Source: Burkholderiales bacterium (GTDB lineage Bacteria > Pseudomonadota > Gammaproteobacteria > Burkholderiales > Burkholderiaceae_C). From it: DNA of 64,000 nucleotides. The translations under genes and the position numbers were made by a program. The notes beneath the pieces were generated by a model, which was given only the letters and a program-made list of their open reading frames with translations, did not search any database and had not been told where the DNA came from. The stretch is from assembly GCA_038215405.1 (NCBI GenBank), contig JBBQQX010000002.1:22094-86093 (forward strand), read 5' to 3'. Shown here piece by piece: positions 39,596 through 47,617 of this stretch; position 1 is the stretch's first letter; each line of letters starts with the position of its first letter.

Positions 39596-40488
39596 ATTCA
39601 CTACCGCCCGCCCAGCCCTGGCGCACCGAGTTTGTGCTGCTCGCCGCAATCTGGGGCTCGTCCTTCATGTTCATGCGCCTGGGTGCGCAGGAATTCGGCG
39701 CCATCCCGACAGCCGGCCTGCGGGTGGCGATTGCTGCCCTGTTCTTGGGGCCATTGCTGTTGTGGCGCGGTCTGGGGCCGCAACTGGTGCAGCATTGGAA
39801 GGCGGTTTTCTTCGTCGGCCTGTTCAACTCCGCCATCCCTTTTGCCTGCTTTTCGTTTGCGCTTCTCTCCATCAGCAGCGGCTTGTCCGCCATCTTGAAC
39901 GCGACCACACCTTTGTTTGGCGCCGTGGTCGCCTGGGCTTGGCTTAAGGACCGGCCGCACGGTCTGCGCATTCTGGGTTTGCTGATCGGCTTTGCTGGCG
40001 TGGCGCTGCTGGCCTGGGACAAAGCCAGCTTCAAGCCCGGCGCCTCTGGCCTGGCAACCGGCTGGGCCGTGCTGGCGGTTTTGACGGCTTGCCTGTGCTA
40101 CGGCATCTCGGCCAGTTACACCAAGCGCTACCTGAGCGGCCTGCCCTCGCTGGTCACTGCCGCGGGCAGCCAGTTCGGCGCCACGCTGGGGCTTGCCTTG
40201 CCCACACTATGGCTGTGGCCGCAGCAGATGCCCAGCCCAACGGCCTGGCTGGCACTTCTGGCCGTAGGCGTGCTGTGCACCGGCGTCGCCTACATCTTGT
40301 ACTTCCGGCTGATTGAGAACGTGGGGCCAGCGCGCGCGCTGACCGTGACCTTTGTGATCCCCGTGTTTGCCGTGATTTACGGCGTGATCCTTTTGGGTGA
40401 GGTGGTGTCGCTGTGGATGCTGCTGTGCGCTGCCGTCATCGTCTTCGGCACCGCGCTGTCGGCGGGCCTGGTGCAACTGCGGCGCTGA
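39592..40488 (+). CDS. DMT-superfamily (EamA) transporter
   Basis: 298 aa, about 10 TM segments, two EamA repeats. Confidence 0.8.
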   Translation: MNSLPPAQPWRTEFVLLAAIWGSSFMFMRLGAQEFGAIPTAGLRVAIAALFLGPLLLWRGLGPQLVQHWKAVFFVGLFNSAIPFACFSFALLSISSGLSAILNATTPLFGAVVAWAWLKDRPHGLRILGLLIGFAGVALLAWDKASFKPGASGLATGWAVLAVLTACLCYGISASYTKRYLSGLPSLVTAAGSQFGATLGLALPTLWLWPQQMPSPTAWLALLAVGVLCTGVAYILYFRLIENVGPARALTVTFVIPVFAVIYGVILLGEVVSLWMLLCAAVIVFGTALSAGLVQLRR

Positions 40489-40516
40489 TGCATCCAGCGC
40501 CCATGCGCGCGCGGCT

Positions 40517-40669
40517 CTATACCAGCCACCAAAGCACCAGCGCCGAAATGACCACCGGTAGCGACAACACCAGGAACATCAGGGCGGTCTCAAAAAAAGC
40601 CACCAGATCGCTGAGCCAAAGCTTGAGCAGATCGATCAGATCGACGGTCCAGATACTTTGCTTTTTCAT
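40517..40669 (-). CDS. Small (50 aa) hydrophobic membrane protein, hypothetical
   Basis: Not in the ORF track (<60 aa). Reads MKKQSIWTVDLIDLLKLWLSDLVAFFETALMFLVLSLPVVISALVLWWLV. GGAG lies about 12 nt upstream of the ATG. Confidence 0.35.
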   Translation of the reverse strand: MKKQSIWTVDLIDLLKLWLSDLVAFFETALMFLVLSLPVVISALVLWWLV

Positions 40670-40810
40670 CCCGCGACGATACTCCGGCGCACCTTGGCTG
40701 TAAAGACGCGTTAGCGCCTGATTTCGGCCCCTTCATTGTGTTTAGGGCCATCCACCCGCACCCGGCGCAAGGCGGCCTGGCGGCGCGTCAAAGGCGTGCA
40801 CTCAAGGCGC

Positions 40811-40824
40811 TTGCGTTTTCTCAA
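40811..40824. promoter_or_regulatory. Crp/Fnr/FixK-type palindrome upstream of hsp20-lon
   Basis: TTGCG-TTTT-CTCAA, 80-110 nt upstream of the hsp20 leader and start. Confidence 0.45.
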
Positions 40825-40927
40825 GCAGCCAATCGGACAGCGCTCTTACGCTTGATTGAGCTTGATCGATCGGGCGCCAGCCCAAGTACAAGGAGACCAG
40901 GCAATGAAGACGGGACAGGGCTAATCC

Positions 40928-41332
40928 ATGCGGCATCATGATCCCAGGGCTTGGATGCTGACGCAAGCGATTGACCTGCTGCACAGTGCCGACCGCTTGC
41001 AGCGCCAGTTGTTCCATATTGGCCACCTTGACGACGCGCCTTGCTGGCAACCCCCGGTCGACATGGTTGCGAACGAACATGAACTCGGCCTGCTGATCGC
41101 ACTGCCCGGGGTAGCCCCGGAGCACCTGTCGGTGAGTCTGGAGTCGCAGTGCATTGTGGTGCGCGGTAAACGCATGTTTGGCGCTAACCTGGGCACAGGC
41201 GCCATTGTCCGGCTGGAAATTCCTTATGGTCGTTTTGAGCGCCGCATTGGCTTGCCTGCCGCGACCTATCGCCTCGCTGACATGCAGTTCGAGCACGGCT
41301 GCCTGCGGCTTCATCTGGAGCAACACCCATGA
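40928..41332 (+). CDS. Hsp20/alpha-crystallin-family small heat-shock protein
   Basis: 134 aa. WQPPVDMVANEHELGLLIALPGVAPEHLSVSLESQCIVVRGKR is an ACD-like core. 4-nt overlap with lon. Confidence 0.7.
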   Translation: MRHHDPRAWMLTQAIDLLHSADRLQRQLFHIGHLDDAPCWQPPVDMVANEHELGLLIALPGVAPEHLSVSLESQCIVVRGKRMFGANLGTGAIVRLEIPYGRFERRIGLPAATYRLADMQFEHGCLRLHLEQHP

Positions 41333-43722
41333 GTCAAGTCATCCACTTACCCGACAAAAGCGACCGTCCGGCTGAGGCAGACGCATTGCCGGCGTTGCCC
41401 AGCGACGCCCTGGTCATCGTGCCGGTGCGCAACATGGTGTTGTTTCCTGGTATGGTGGTGCCGATCTCGATCGGACGCGAGAGCTCGATTGCCGCCGCCC
41501 AGTACGCGGTCAAGACCGATCAGGCCGTGGGCATCCTGATGCAGAAAAGCCCGGAGGTGGAAACACCCGGTCCCGACGATTTATCGGGTGTTGGCACCAT
41601 CGCCGCCATCCTGCGCTACGTCACCACGCCGGACGGCACCCATCACATCGTGTGCCAGGGGCAGCAACGCTTTCGCGTCACCGGCTACGTGACTGGTTTC
41701 CCTTTCACCGTGGCGCGGATCGAACGCATTGACGAGATGGTCGTGCTGGATGACCGCGAAATCGAGGCGCGCTTCATGCGGCTCAAGGAGCGCGCCGTTG
41801 AGGTGCTGCAAATGATGCCGCAGGTGCCCGCCGAGATGGTGCACGCGGTACAAAGCATCGACACCCCGGCGATGCTGGCCGACCTGGTGGCGGGCTACGT
41901 GGACATCAAGGCGCCGGAGAAGCAGGAGATTCTGGAAGAAGTTGATCTGCGCCGCCGCCTGGATCGGGTGCTGGAGATGCTGGTTCACCGCATGGATGTG
42001 CTGAAACTCTCGCGTGACATTGACAGACGTACCAAGACCAGTCTGGGCCAACGTGAGCGCGAGTTTTTGTTGCGTGAGCAGTTGAAGTCAATCCAGAAAG
42101 AACTTGGCGAAGAAGGCGCCGGCAACGCCGCTGAAATCGACGACCTGCGCAAATTGATAGCGGACGCCAACATGCCCGAAGAGGTCGCCAAGCAGGCGAC
42201 CAAGGAGCTCAAGCGGCTCGAGCGCATGGCGGACGGCTCGTCCGAATACTCGATGGTGCGCACCTACCTCGATTGGCTGGTCGAACTGCCCTGGAAAGCG
42301 CCGGAGCCCGACACGATTGACGTGGCGCAGGCGCGCCAGGTGTTAGACGCCGATCATTTTGATCTGGAAAAAGTTAAAAAGCGCATTGTCGAATTTTTGG
42401 CCGTGCGCAAGCTCAAGCCCGGCGGCCACGGCCCGATCCTGTGCCTGGTCGGGCCGCCCGGCGTCGGCAAGACCTCGCTCGGGCAATCGATCGCGCGCGC
42501 GATGGGGCGCAAATTTGTGCGGGTGTCGCTCGGCGGCGTGCATGACGAGGCCGAAATCCGCGGCCACCGGCGCACCTACATCGGCGCCCTTCCCGGCAAC
42601 ATCATCCAGGCAATAAAGAAGGCTGGCACCCGCGGCTGCGTCATGATGCTGGACGAGATTGACAAGCTCGGCGGCGGCATCCAGGGCGACCCGTCGGCGG
42701 CGCTGCTGGAGGTCCTGGACCCCGAGCAAAACAACACCTTTCGCGACAATTACCTGGCCGTGCCTTATGACCTGTCCCAGGTGCTATTCATCACCACCGC
42801 CAATGTGCTCGACCCGATTCCCGGTCCGCTGCGTGACCGCATGGAGGTCTTGCACCTGTCGGGCTACACGCAAGAAGAAAAGCACGAAATCGCCCGGCGC
42901 TACCTGGTGGCGCGCCAGTTGGAAGACACCGGTCTCAAGCCCGAGCAGTTGGAGATCACCGACGCGGCACTCGCAAGCATCATCCGCGATTACACGCGCG
43001 AAGCCGGCGTGCGCAACCTGGAACGCCAGATTGGCGCAGTCTGCCGGCGCGTGGCCGTGCGCATCGCTGGAGGGGAAATAGACAGCGCACGTGTTGACGC
43101 GCCCGATCTGGATGAGGTGTTGGGCCCGGCCAAGTTCGAGAATGAAGTCGCGTTGCGCGCCGGCCTGCCGGGTGTGGCGACCGGGCTGGCCTGGACACCG
43201 GTGGGCGGGGACATTTTATTCATCGAAGCCAGCCGCATGGCGGGCACCGGGCGCCTGATCCTGACTGGGCAACTGGGCGACGTGATGAAGGAGTCGGCCC
43301 AGGCCGCGCTGACGCTGGTGAAATCACGCTCGGCCAGCTTCGGGCTTGACGCGGCCATGATGGAAAAGACCGATGTGCACATCCATGTGCCCGCGGGTGC
43401 CATCCCGAAGGACGGCCCCAGCGCGGGGGTGGCCATGTTCATTGCCCTGGCGTCCCTGTTCATGGACCGGCCGGTGCGCAGCGATGTGGCCATGACCGGC
43501 GAGATTAGCCTTCGCGGCCTGGTGTTGCCGGTCGGCGGCATCAAAGAGAAGATGTTGGCAGCGCTGGGCGCCGGCATCAAGAAGGTCTTGTTGCCCTCGC
43601 GCAATCGCAAGGACCTGGAGGAAGTGCCACTGCAGGCCCGGGAGCAACTCGAATTTGTTTATCTTGACGACATCGGGCAGGCGGTCAAGGCGGCCATTGA
43701 GGTCGCCGATCCGTCAATTTGA
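41329..43722 (+). CDS. lon: ATP-dependent Lon protease
   Basis: 797 aa. LON N-domain, Walker A GPPGVGKTS, catalytic PKDGPSAGVAM. Confidence 0.95.
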   Translation: MSQVIHLPDKSDRPAEADALPALPSDALVIVPVRNMVLFPGMVVPISIGRESSIAAAQYAVKTDQAVGILMQKSPEVETPGPDDLSGVGTIAAILRYVTTPDGTHHIVCQGQQRFRVTGYVTGFPFTVARIERIDEMVVLDDREIEARFMRLKERAVEVLQMMPQVPAEMVHAVQSIDTPAMLADLVAGYVDIKAPEKQEILEEVDLRRRLDRVLEMLVHRMDVLKLSRDIDRRTKTSLGQREREFLLREQLKSIQKELGEEGAGNAAEIDDLRKLIADANMPEEVAKQATKELKRLERMADGSSEYSMVRTYLDWLVELPWKAPEPDTIDVAQARQVLDADHFDLEKVKKRIVEFLAVRKLKPGGHGPILCLVGPPGVGKTSLGQSIARAMGRKFVRVSLGGVHDEAEIRGHRRTYIGALPGNIIQAIKKAGTRGCVMMLDEIDKLGGGIQGDPSAALLEVLDPEQNNTFRDNYLAVPYDLSQVLFITTANVLDPIPGPLRDRMEVLHLSGYTQEEKHEIARRYLVARQLEDTGLKPEQLEITDAALASIIRDYTREAGVRNLERQIGAVCRRVAVRIAGGEIDSARVDAPDLDEVLGPAKFENEVALRAGLPGVATGLAWTPVGGDILFIEASRMAGTGRLILTGQLGDVMKESAQAALTLVKSRSASFGLDAAMMEKTDVHIHVPAGAIPKDGPSAGVAMFIALASLFMDRPVRSDVAMTGEISLRGLVLPVGGIKEKMLAALGAGIKKVLLPSRNRKDLEEVPLQAREQLEFVYLDDIGQAVKAAIEVADPSI

Positions 43723-43732
43723 GAATGCGCAA
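43719..43732. promoter_or_regulatory. Crp/Fnr/FixK-type palindrome upstream of the 64-aa ORF
   Basis: TTGAG-AATG-CGCAA. Overlaps the lon stop codon. Centre lies 64 nt upstream of the ATG at 43790. Confidence 0.45.
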
Positions 43733-43789
43733 GCGCCATCAGCTTGAGCGCGCTAGAGTGGACCCAAGTCACACATCAGGAGAGTCGCA

Positions 43790-43984
43790 ATGGAAAACTC
43801 ACCCTTGGGCGCCAAGTCAGACGCCGCGCTCCAGGATATCGGGGCGGCGTTGTATGAGTTGCGCGATGCGCTGATCGAGTTGTCGCTGTCGATGCGCGAC
43901 CTGCAGTTTGAAACCGACGTCGAACGGCGCCAAGCCACCGAAGCCACGGTACAGCAATTGCTGCAAAAGATCTCTTCGAACTAA
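43790..43984 (+). CDS. Small hypothetical protein (64 aa, predicted helical/coiled)
   Basis: Strong SD AGGAGA 7 nt upstream. No family recognised. Confidence 0.45.
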   Translation: MENSPLGAKSDAALQDIGAALYELRDALIELSLSMRDLQFETDVERRQATEATVQQLLQKISSN

Positions 43985-44003
43985 AGGCCCGATTGGGACC
44001 AGC

Positions 44004-44246
44004 TCAGTGGTAATGCCTCTTGCCCGCCATTTGGCCGGGCTTGAGACTGATCGCCAGACTGCGAATACCAGGCACGCGGCGCGCAGTGCGCTCGACCTGA
44101 AAACGCGTTTGCTGCGTATCAACGCTGCCACTCAAAGTCACGACGCCAGCATCCACATCCACCTCGATATCAGAGGCATTGACAGCGGGAATCGCATCAA
44201 GCAACTCCATCACGTCGGCTTTCAGTTCGGCATCGGTTCTCATCAT
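44004..44246 (-). CDS. BON-domain protein
   Basis: MMRTDAELKADVMELLDAIPAVNASDIEVDVDAGVVTLSGSVDTQQTRFQVERTARRVPGIRSL is a BON (OsmY-like) domain. ATG at 44246 is preferred over the GTG at 44285. Confidence 0.7.
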   Translation of the reverse strand: MMRTDAELKADVMELLDAIPAVNASDIEVDVDAGVVTLSGSVDTQQTRFQVERTARRVPGIRSLAISLKPGQMAGKRHYH

Positions 44247-44335
44247 GAGCTCCAGCAGTAGGCATCTTGGTTGATCGGGCGCCACGCTCTAGGGTGGTGC
44301 GCGCTTAACTTTAGACAAGGTGACGCGGTATTGAA

Positions 44336-44349
44336 TTGAGATTTCTCAA
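44336..44349. promoter_or_regulatory. Crp/Fnr/FixK-type palindrome in the divergent BON / GroEL-remnant promoter region
   Basis: Perfect palindrome TTGAG-ATTT-CTCAA. Confidence 0.45.
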
Positions 44350-44488
44350 AGCTGACGCCGCGCAGGCAGTGACGCCGACGGCGCCTGTGTACCCGGCGCC
44401 AACTGCTGCTGGTGCTTGCGATTTGTCAAGCGCCTTCTAGGCTCTGGCTTCTAGGATGGCTCGCAGGTCTTGCTAACGGGGGCTTACT

Positions 44489-45073
44489 TTGACGGCCAAG
44501 CAACTTCTTTTTCATGACGACGCCCGCGACAAGATCCGCCGCGGCGTCGAGATCGCCATCGACACCGTGGTGGCACAACTCAAACCAATGGCCAAGCCCT
44601 GTGTCAACTCGCAGGAGATTGCGCATGTGGCGTCGCTCTCGGCCAACAACGATCGCTCCATTAGCGAACTGCTCGCCAGCGCAATCGACAAGCTCGGGCG
44701 CGAGGCCGCGGTGCTTGAAGGCGCGGCGATTCTGTTGTGCGAGGGCCGCCTGAGCTCGCTCAAGGACTTGCTGCCCCTGTTAGACGAGATCGTGAAGGAA
44801 GGTAGACCCCTGTTGGTGATTGCCGAGGACCTGGACAGCGATTCGCTCGCGGCGCTGGTAATCAACACGATTCGCGGCACCCTGAAAACCCGCGCTGTCG
44901 AGGAGGGCATCGTGCCTGGCGGCGGTGTGGCACTGTTGCGCGCGCGGCGCGCCTTGCTCACGTTGACTGGCAGCACGCTCGATGAGACATCGGGCATACG
45001 CCTGATGGCGCTGGGCCCAGTGGCGGCGCAGCGCCCATGTTTTAACAACCACGCCACACGAGAACCATCATGA
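44489..45073 (+). CDS. GroEL-derived 194-aa ORF with three large in-frame internal deletions (remnant chaperonin; possibly a pseudogene)
   Basis: Segments align to E. coli GroEL as I remember it. MTAKQLLFHDDARDKIRRGVE matches about residues 1-21. IAIDTVVAQLKPMAKPCVNSQEIAHVASLSANNDRSISELLASAIDKLGREAAV matches about 118-175. LEGAAILLCEGRLSSLKDLLPLLDEIVKEGRPLLVIAEDLDSDSLAALVINTIRGTLKT matches about 214-273. RAVEEGIVPGGGVALLRA matches about 404-421. The nucleotide-binding DGTTT segment is absent. TTG start. Confidence 0.7.
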   Translation: MTAKQLLFHDDARDKIRRGVEIAIDTVVAQLKPMAKPCVNSQEIAHVASLSANNDRSISELLASAIDKLGREAAVLEGAAILLCEGRLSSLKDLLPLLDEIVKEGRPLLVIAEDLDSDSLAALVINTIRGTLKTRAVEEGIVPGGGVALLRARRALLTLTGSTLDETSGIRLMALGPVAAQRPCFNNHATREPS

Positions 45074-45528
45074 AAAAAACCTGGATTTTGATCGCCAATG
45101 CCACCCGCGCACGGGTCTTTGAGCGCCGCGCCACTGATCGCGCGCTGGTAGAGCTGGCTGATTTTGTCTATCCCGTCAAGAATCTGGTTGACGAGGCGGC
45201 GGGCGGCGACCTGACCGGTGCAGCGGGCAAGGGCCACGGCCGCACCGGCCATGCGGGCACGCAGTTTGAGCCCACCACCGAGGTCAAAGACAAAGCGCGG
45301 CTGAACTTTGCCCGCCAGTTGGCCGACTACCTCAACCAGGGCGTGAGCGAGCAGCGATGCCAGGTCTTGATGCTGATCGCCAGCAGCCCGATGCTGGGAG
45401 ACCTCAAGCCCTTGTTGAGCAGCGCTGCTGCGGGCATGCTGCAGCAAGCCGTTGCGAGCGACCTGACGCGCTACCAGCATGCCGACTTGCAGGAGCGCGT
45501 CGAGCGGGCGCTGCAACTCCCGGTCTGA
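45070..45528 (+). CDS. Host-attachment-protein-family protein
   Basis: 152 aa. MKKTWILIANATRARVFER... is the typical N-terminus of this family. ATGA overlap with the preceding ORF. Confidence 0.75.
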   Translation: MKKTWILIANATRARVFERRATDRALVELADFVYPVKNLVDEAAGGDLTGAAGKGHGRTGHAGTQFEPTTEVKDKARLNFARQLADYLNQGVSEQRCQVLMLIASSPMLGDLKPLLSSAAAGMLQQAVASDLTRYQHADLQERVERALQLPV

Positions 45529-45530
45529 TA

Positions 45531-45590
45531 GATGCTATATAAAACGTAGCTGCTAACGCTTTATACACGAGGGCTACGGGCCGGTTTGTT
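45531..45590 (+). repeat. Element A copy, intergenic (host-attachment gene / nrdJ 3' ends)
   Basis: GATGCTATATAAAACGTAGCTGCTAACGCTTTATACACGAGGGCTACGGGCCGGTTTG. Confidence 0.75.
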
Positions 45591-45596
45591 ATAAAT

Positions 45597-45614
45597 TCTC
45601 TGGCAACACCAGAG
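45597..45614 (-). terminator. Hairpin downstream of the class II RNR gene
   Basis: CTCTGG / CCAGAG perfect 6-bp stem with a 5-nt loop. An A/T-rich run follows on the minus strand. Confidence 0.35.
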
Positions 45615-45649
45615 AGGCCCGGTTGCAGCCACCCAATCAACCCATCAAG

Positions 45650-47413
45650 TCAGAGCGGGCCCAGGTGTCCCTCGCGCTCAATGGCACAGCCTTTGAGCCC
45701 CAGTTCCCATGCCTGCTGCAACACCAGGCCCACGTCCTGCTCGCTGGCACTCTTGGGAAGGTAAACGGTTGTGGCAATAGCGCCGTCCACACAGGACTGC
45801 ACCGCGGCCATCAGGTTCAACTGCTCTTCAGCGATCACGTCGGCAGCCTGCACAAAATGCTTTGGCCACGGCGCATCGGGGCCATGCAGTGCTTGGTAAT
45901 GACGGCAAGCGGCGTCCTCGACATCAAAGAATACCGCCTGCCCGTCGACGCCGCGTACCCGGCGCATGGCCCTGAAGGCACGCATCGGTTCAATGCCATT
46001 CGACACATTGTTGGCCAGCAAACTGATGGACTCTGTCGGCGCCACCGCCAGCAGGTGGCTGTTGCGAATGCCATGCTGCGCGATGGCGCCTTGCAGCGTT
46101 CGGTCAAGATCCAGCACAAAGGGGCTGGCGCCGTATTTGAGCTTGTCACACGCAGGGAAGGCGCCCTTTTCCTGCGCCAGCTCGACCGAGGTGCGGTAGG
46201 CGACGTCGCGGATGGCAACCATGATTTCGCGCGTCAGGTCGATGCTCGCCGCGCAGCCGTATCGCAGGCCCAGCATCGCCAGCATGTCGGCCAGCCCGGT
46301 CACACCCAAGCCAAGGCGCCGGGTGGCGAGGGGGCTTTTTTGCTGCGCCTTGAGCGGGAGCAGGGAGATGTCATGCACATCATCCAGAAAACGCGTGGCC
46401 ACCGCCGCCACAGCGCGCAGTCCCGCAAAGTCGACACTCGGGTGTTCACCAAAAGGCTGGTTGACGAAGCGACTCAGGTTGATCGAGCCCAGGTTGCATG
46501 CGCCCCAGGGTGGCAGTGGCACTGCCCCGTCGGGGCTGGTCACGGCCAGATGTTCGTCATACCAGAGGTTGTTGGCCCGGTTGATGCGGTCGATGAACAG
46601 CACGCCCGGATCAAAGCTGGTGTGCTGGGCCTGCAGCAGTTTTTGCCACAAGGCGCGCGCCGGCACGCGCCGGCGTACCAGGCACAACTGCGGCAGGCCG
46701 CCCGGCCACCAGACGCGCTCGCACACCTCGGCGCCGACCGGAATCGGGTGCTCGCCCAGAGGAAATACCAACGGCCACGGGCCGTCGTCTTGCAGCACCT
46801 GCATGAAGTCGTCGCTCAGCAACACCGACAGCCTGAAGTGCGACAAAGCACCCGCCTCAAGCTTGGCGTCGATGAAGGCTTCAATATCCGGGTGGTCACA
46901 GCGCAGCGTCGCCAGCATGGCGCTGCGGCGCCGGTTGCCTGACGCCAACACCGCATTGGCCGCCTGCCAGACCTCCATGAACGAAACTGGCCCGCTTGCG
47001 ACTTCGCCGCTGGCCCGTGCGGGCTCAAGCGCGGGACGCAGCGTGGAAAAGTCGATGCCGAGGGCGCCCCCGGCTTGCACACACAACATGGACTCGCGCA
47101 GTGCGTTGAAGATGCCCTGCACCGAATCCTCGATGGGCCCCAAGGCCAGGCAATTGAACAGGGTGGCCCGGCGCGACGTGCCCGCGCCTGCCAAAGTGCG
47201 CCCGCCCGGCAGAAAGCGCCAGTCACTGAGCATCGCGTAAAAACGCTCACGCCAGTCGTTCTGGTGGTGCGGCTCGGCGCCCGCCACCGCCAGCGCCACA
47301 CGCTCCCAGGTCGCCTCAACGGACGGCTCTGGCACGCTGCCCGGCTCGGCCCAAAGGTACTGCGTACGCCAGACATGCGCTGAAGCTTCGCTTTCAAAAG
47401 GGGGCCTTTGCAT
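45650..47413 (-). CDS. nrdJ: Adenosylcobalamin-dependent (class II) ribonucleotide reductase
   Basis: 587 aa. RFLPGGRTLAGAG, ATLFNCLAL (active-site Cys), GGALGIDFSTLRP. General class II RNR architecture. Confidence 0.8.
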   Translation of the reverse strand: MQRPPFESEASAHVWRTQYLWAEPGSVPEPSVEATWERVALAVAGAEPHHQNDWRERFYAMLSDWRFLPGGRTLAGAGTSRRATLFNCLALGPIEDSVQGIFNALRESMLCVQAGGALGIDFSTLRPALEPARASGEVASGPVSFMEVWQAANAVLASGNRRRSAMLATLRCDHPDIEAFIDAKLEAGALSHFRLSVLLSDDFMQVLQDDGPWPLVFPLGEHPIPVGAEVCERVWWPGGLPQLCLVRRRVPARALWQKLLQAQHTSFDPGVLFIDRINRANNLWYDEHLAVTSPDGAVPLPPWGACNLGSINLSRFVNQPFGEHPSVDFAGLRAVAAVATRFLDDVHDISLLPLKAQQKSPLATRRLGLGVTGLADMLAMLGLRYGCAASIDLTREIMVAIRDVAYRTSVELAQEKGAFPACDKLKYGASPFVLDLDRTLQGAIAQHGIRNSHLLAVAPTESISLLANNVSNGIEPMRAFRAMRRVRGVDGQAVFFDVEDAACRHYQALHGPDAPWPKHFVQAADVIAEEQLNLMAAVQSCVDGAIATTVYLPKSASEQDVGLVLQQAWELGLKGCAIEREGHLGPL

Positions 47414-47471
47414 GACGGCTCATCCTGACACTCAGATGGATTCAGAGTAGCCAAGCGCCAGCCACGGGCGC

Positions 47472-47485
47472 TTGATGATTCGCAA
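47472..47485. promoter_or_regulatory. Crp/Fnr/FixK-type palindrome upstream of nrdJ
   Basis: TTGAT-GATT-CGCAA. Centre lies 65 nt upstream of the nrdJ ATG (47413). Confidence 0.45.
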
Positions 47486-47529
47486 GCCTTTTGGCTGAGC
47501 TGTGGCGCCGGGCCCCTTAACGCGAAATA

Positions 47530-47582
47530 CCGTTCATGGTGAGCTTGTCGAACCACCCCCTCGACCGGCTCAGGGCGAACGG
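47530..47582. repeat. REP-type extended hairpin
   Basis: CCGTTC..GTGAGC..GTCGA...TCGAC..GCTCA..GAACGG nested complementarity. Its translations (LSNHPLDRLRANG / PEPVEGVVRQAHHERYF) look like a REP family common in Burkholderiales intergenic DNA, by recollection. Confidence 0.6.
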
Positions 47583-47617
47583 CTTCATCATTCGGGACAC
47601 TCGCCAAGCCATGACAG

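Noticed and set aside
47414-47617. Cobalamin riboswitch in the nrdJ leader
   Set aside because: I looked for the B12-box (rAGYCMGgAgaCCkGCc-like) and found none. The region instead contains an Fnr-type box and a REP hairpin.
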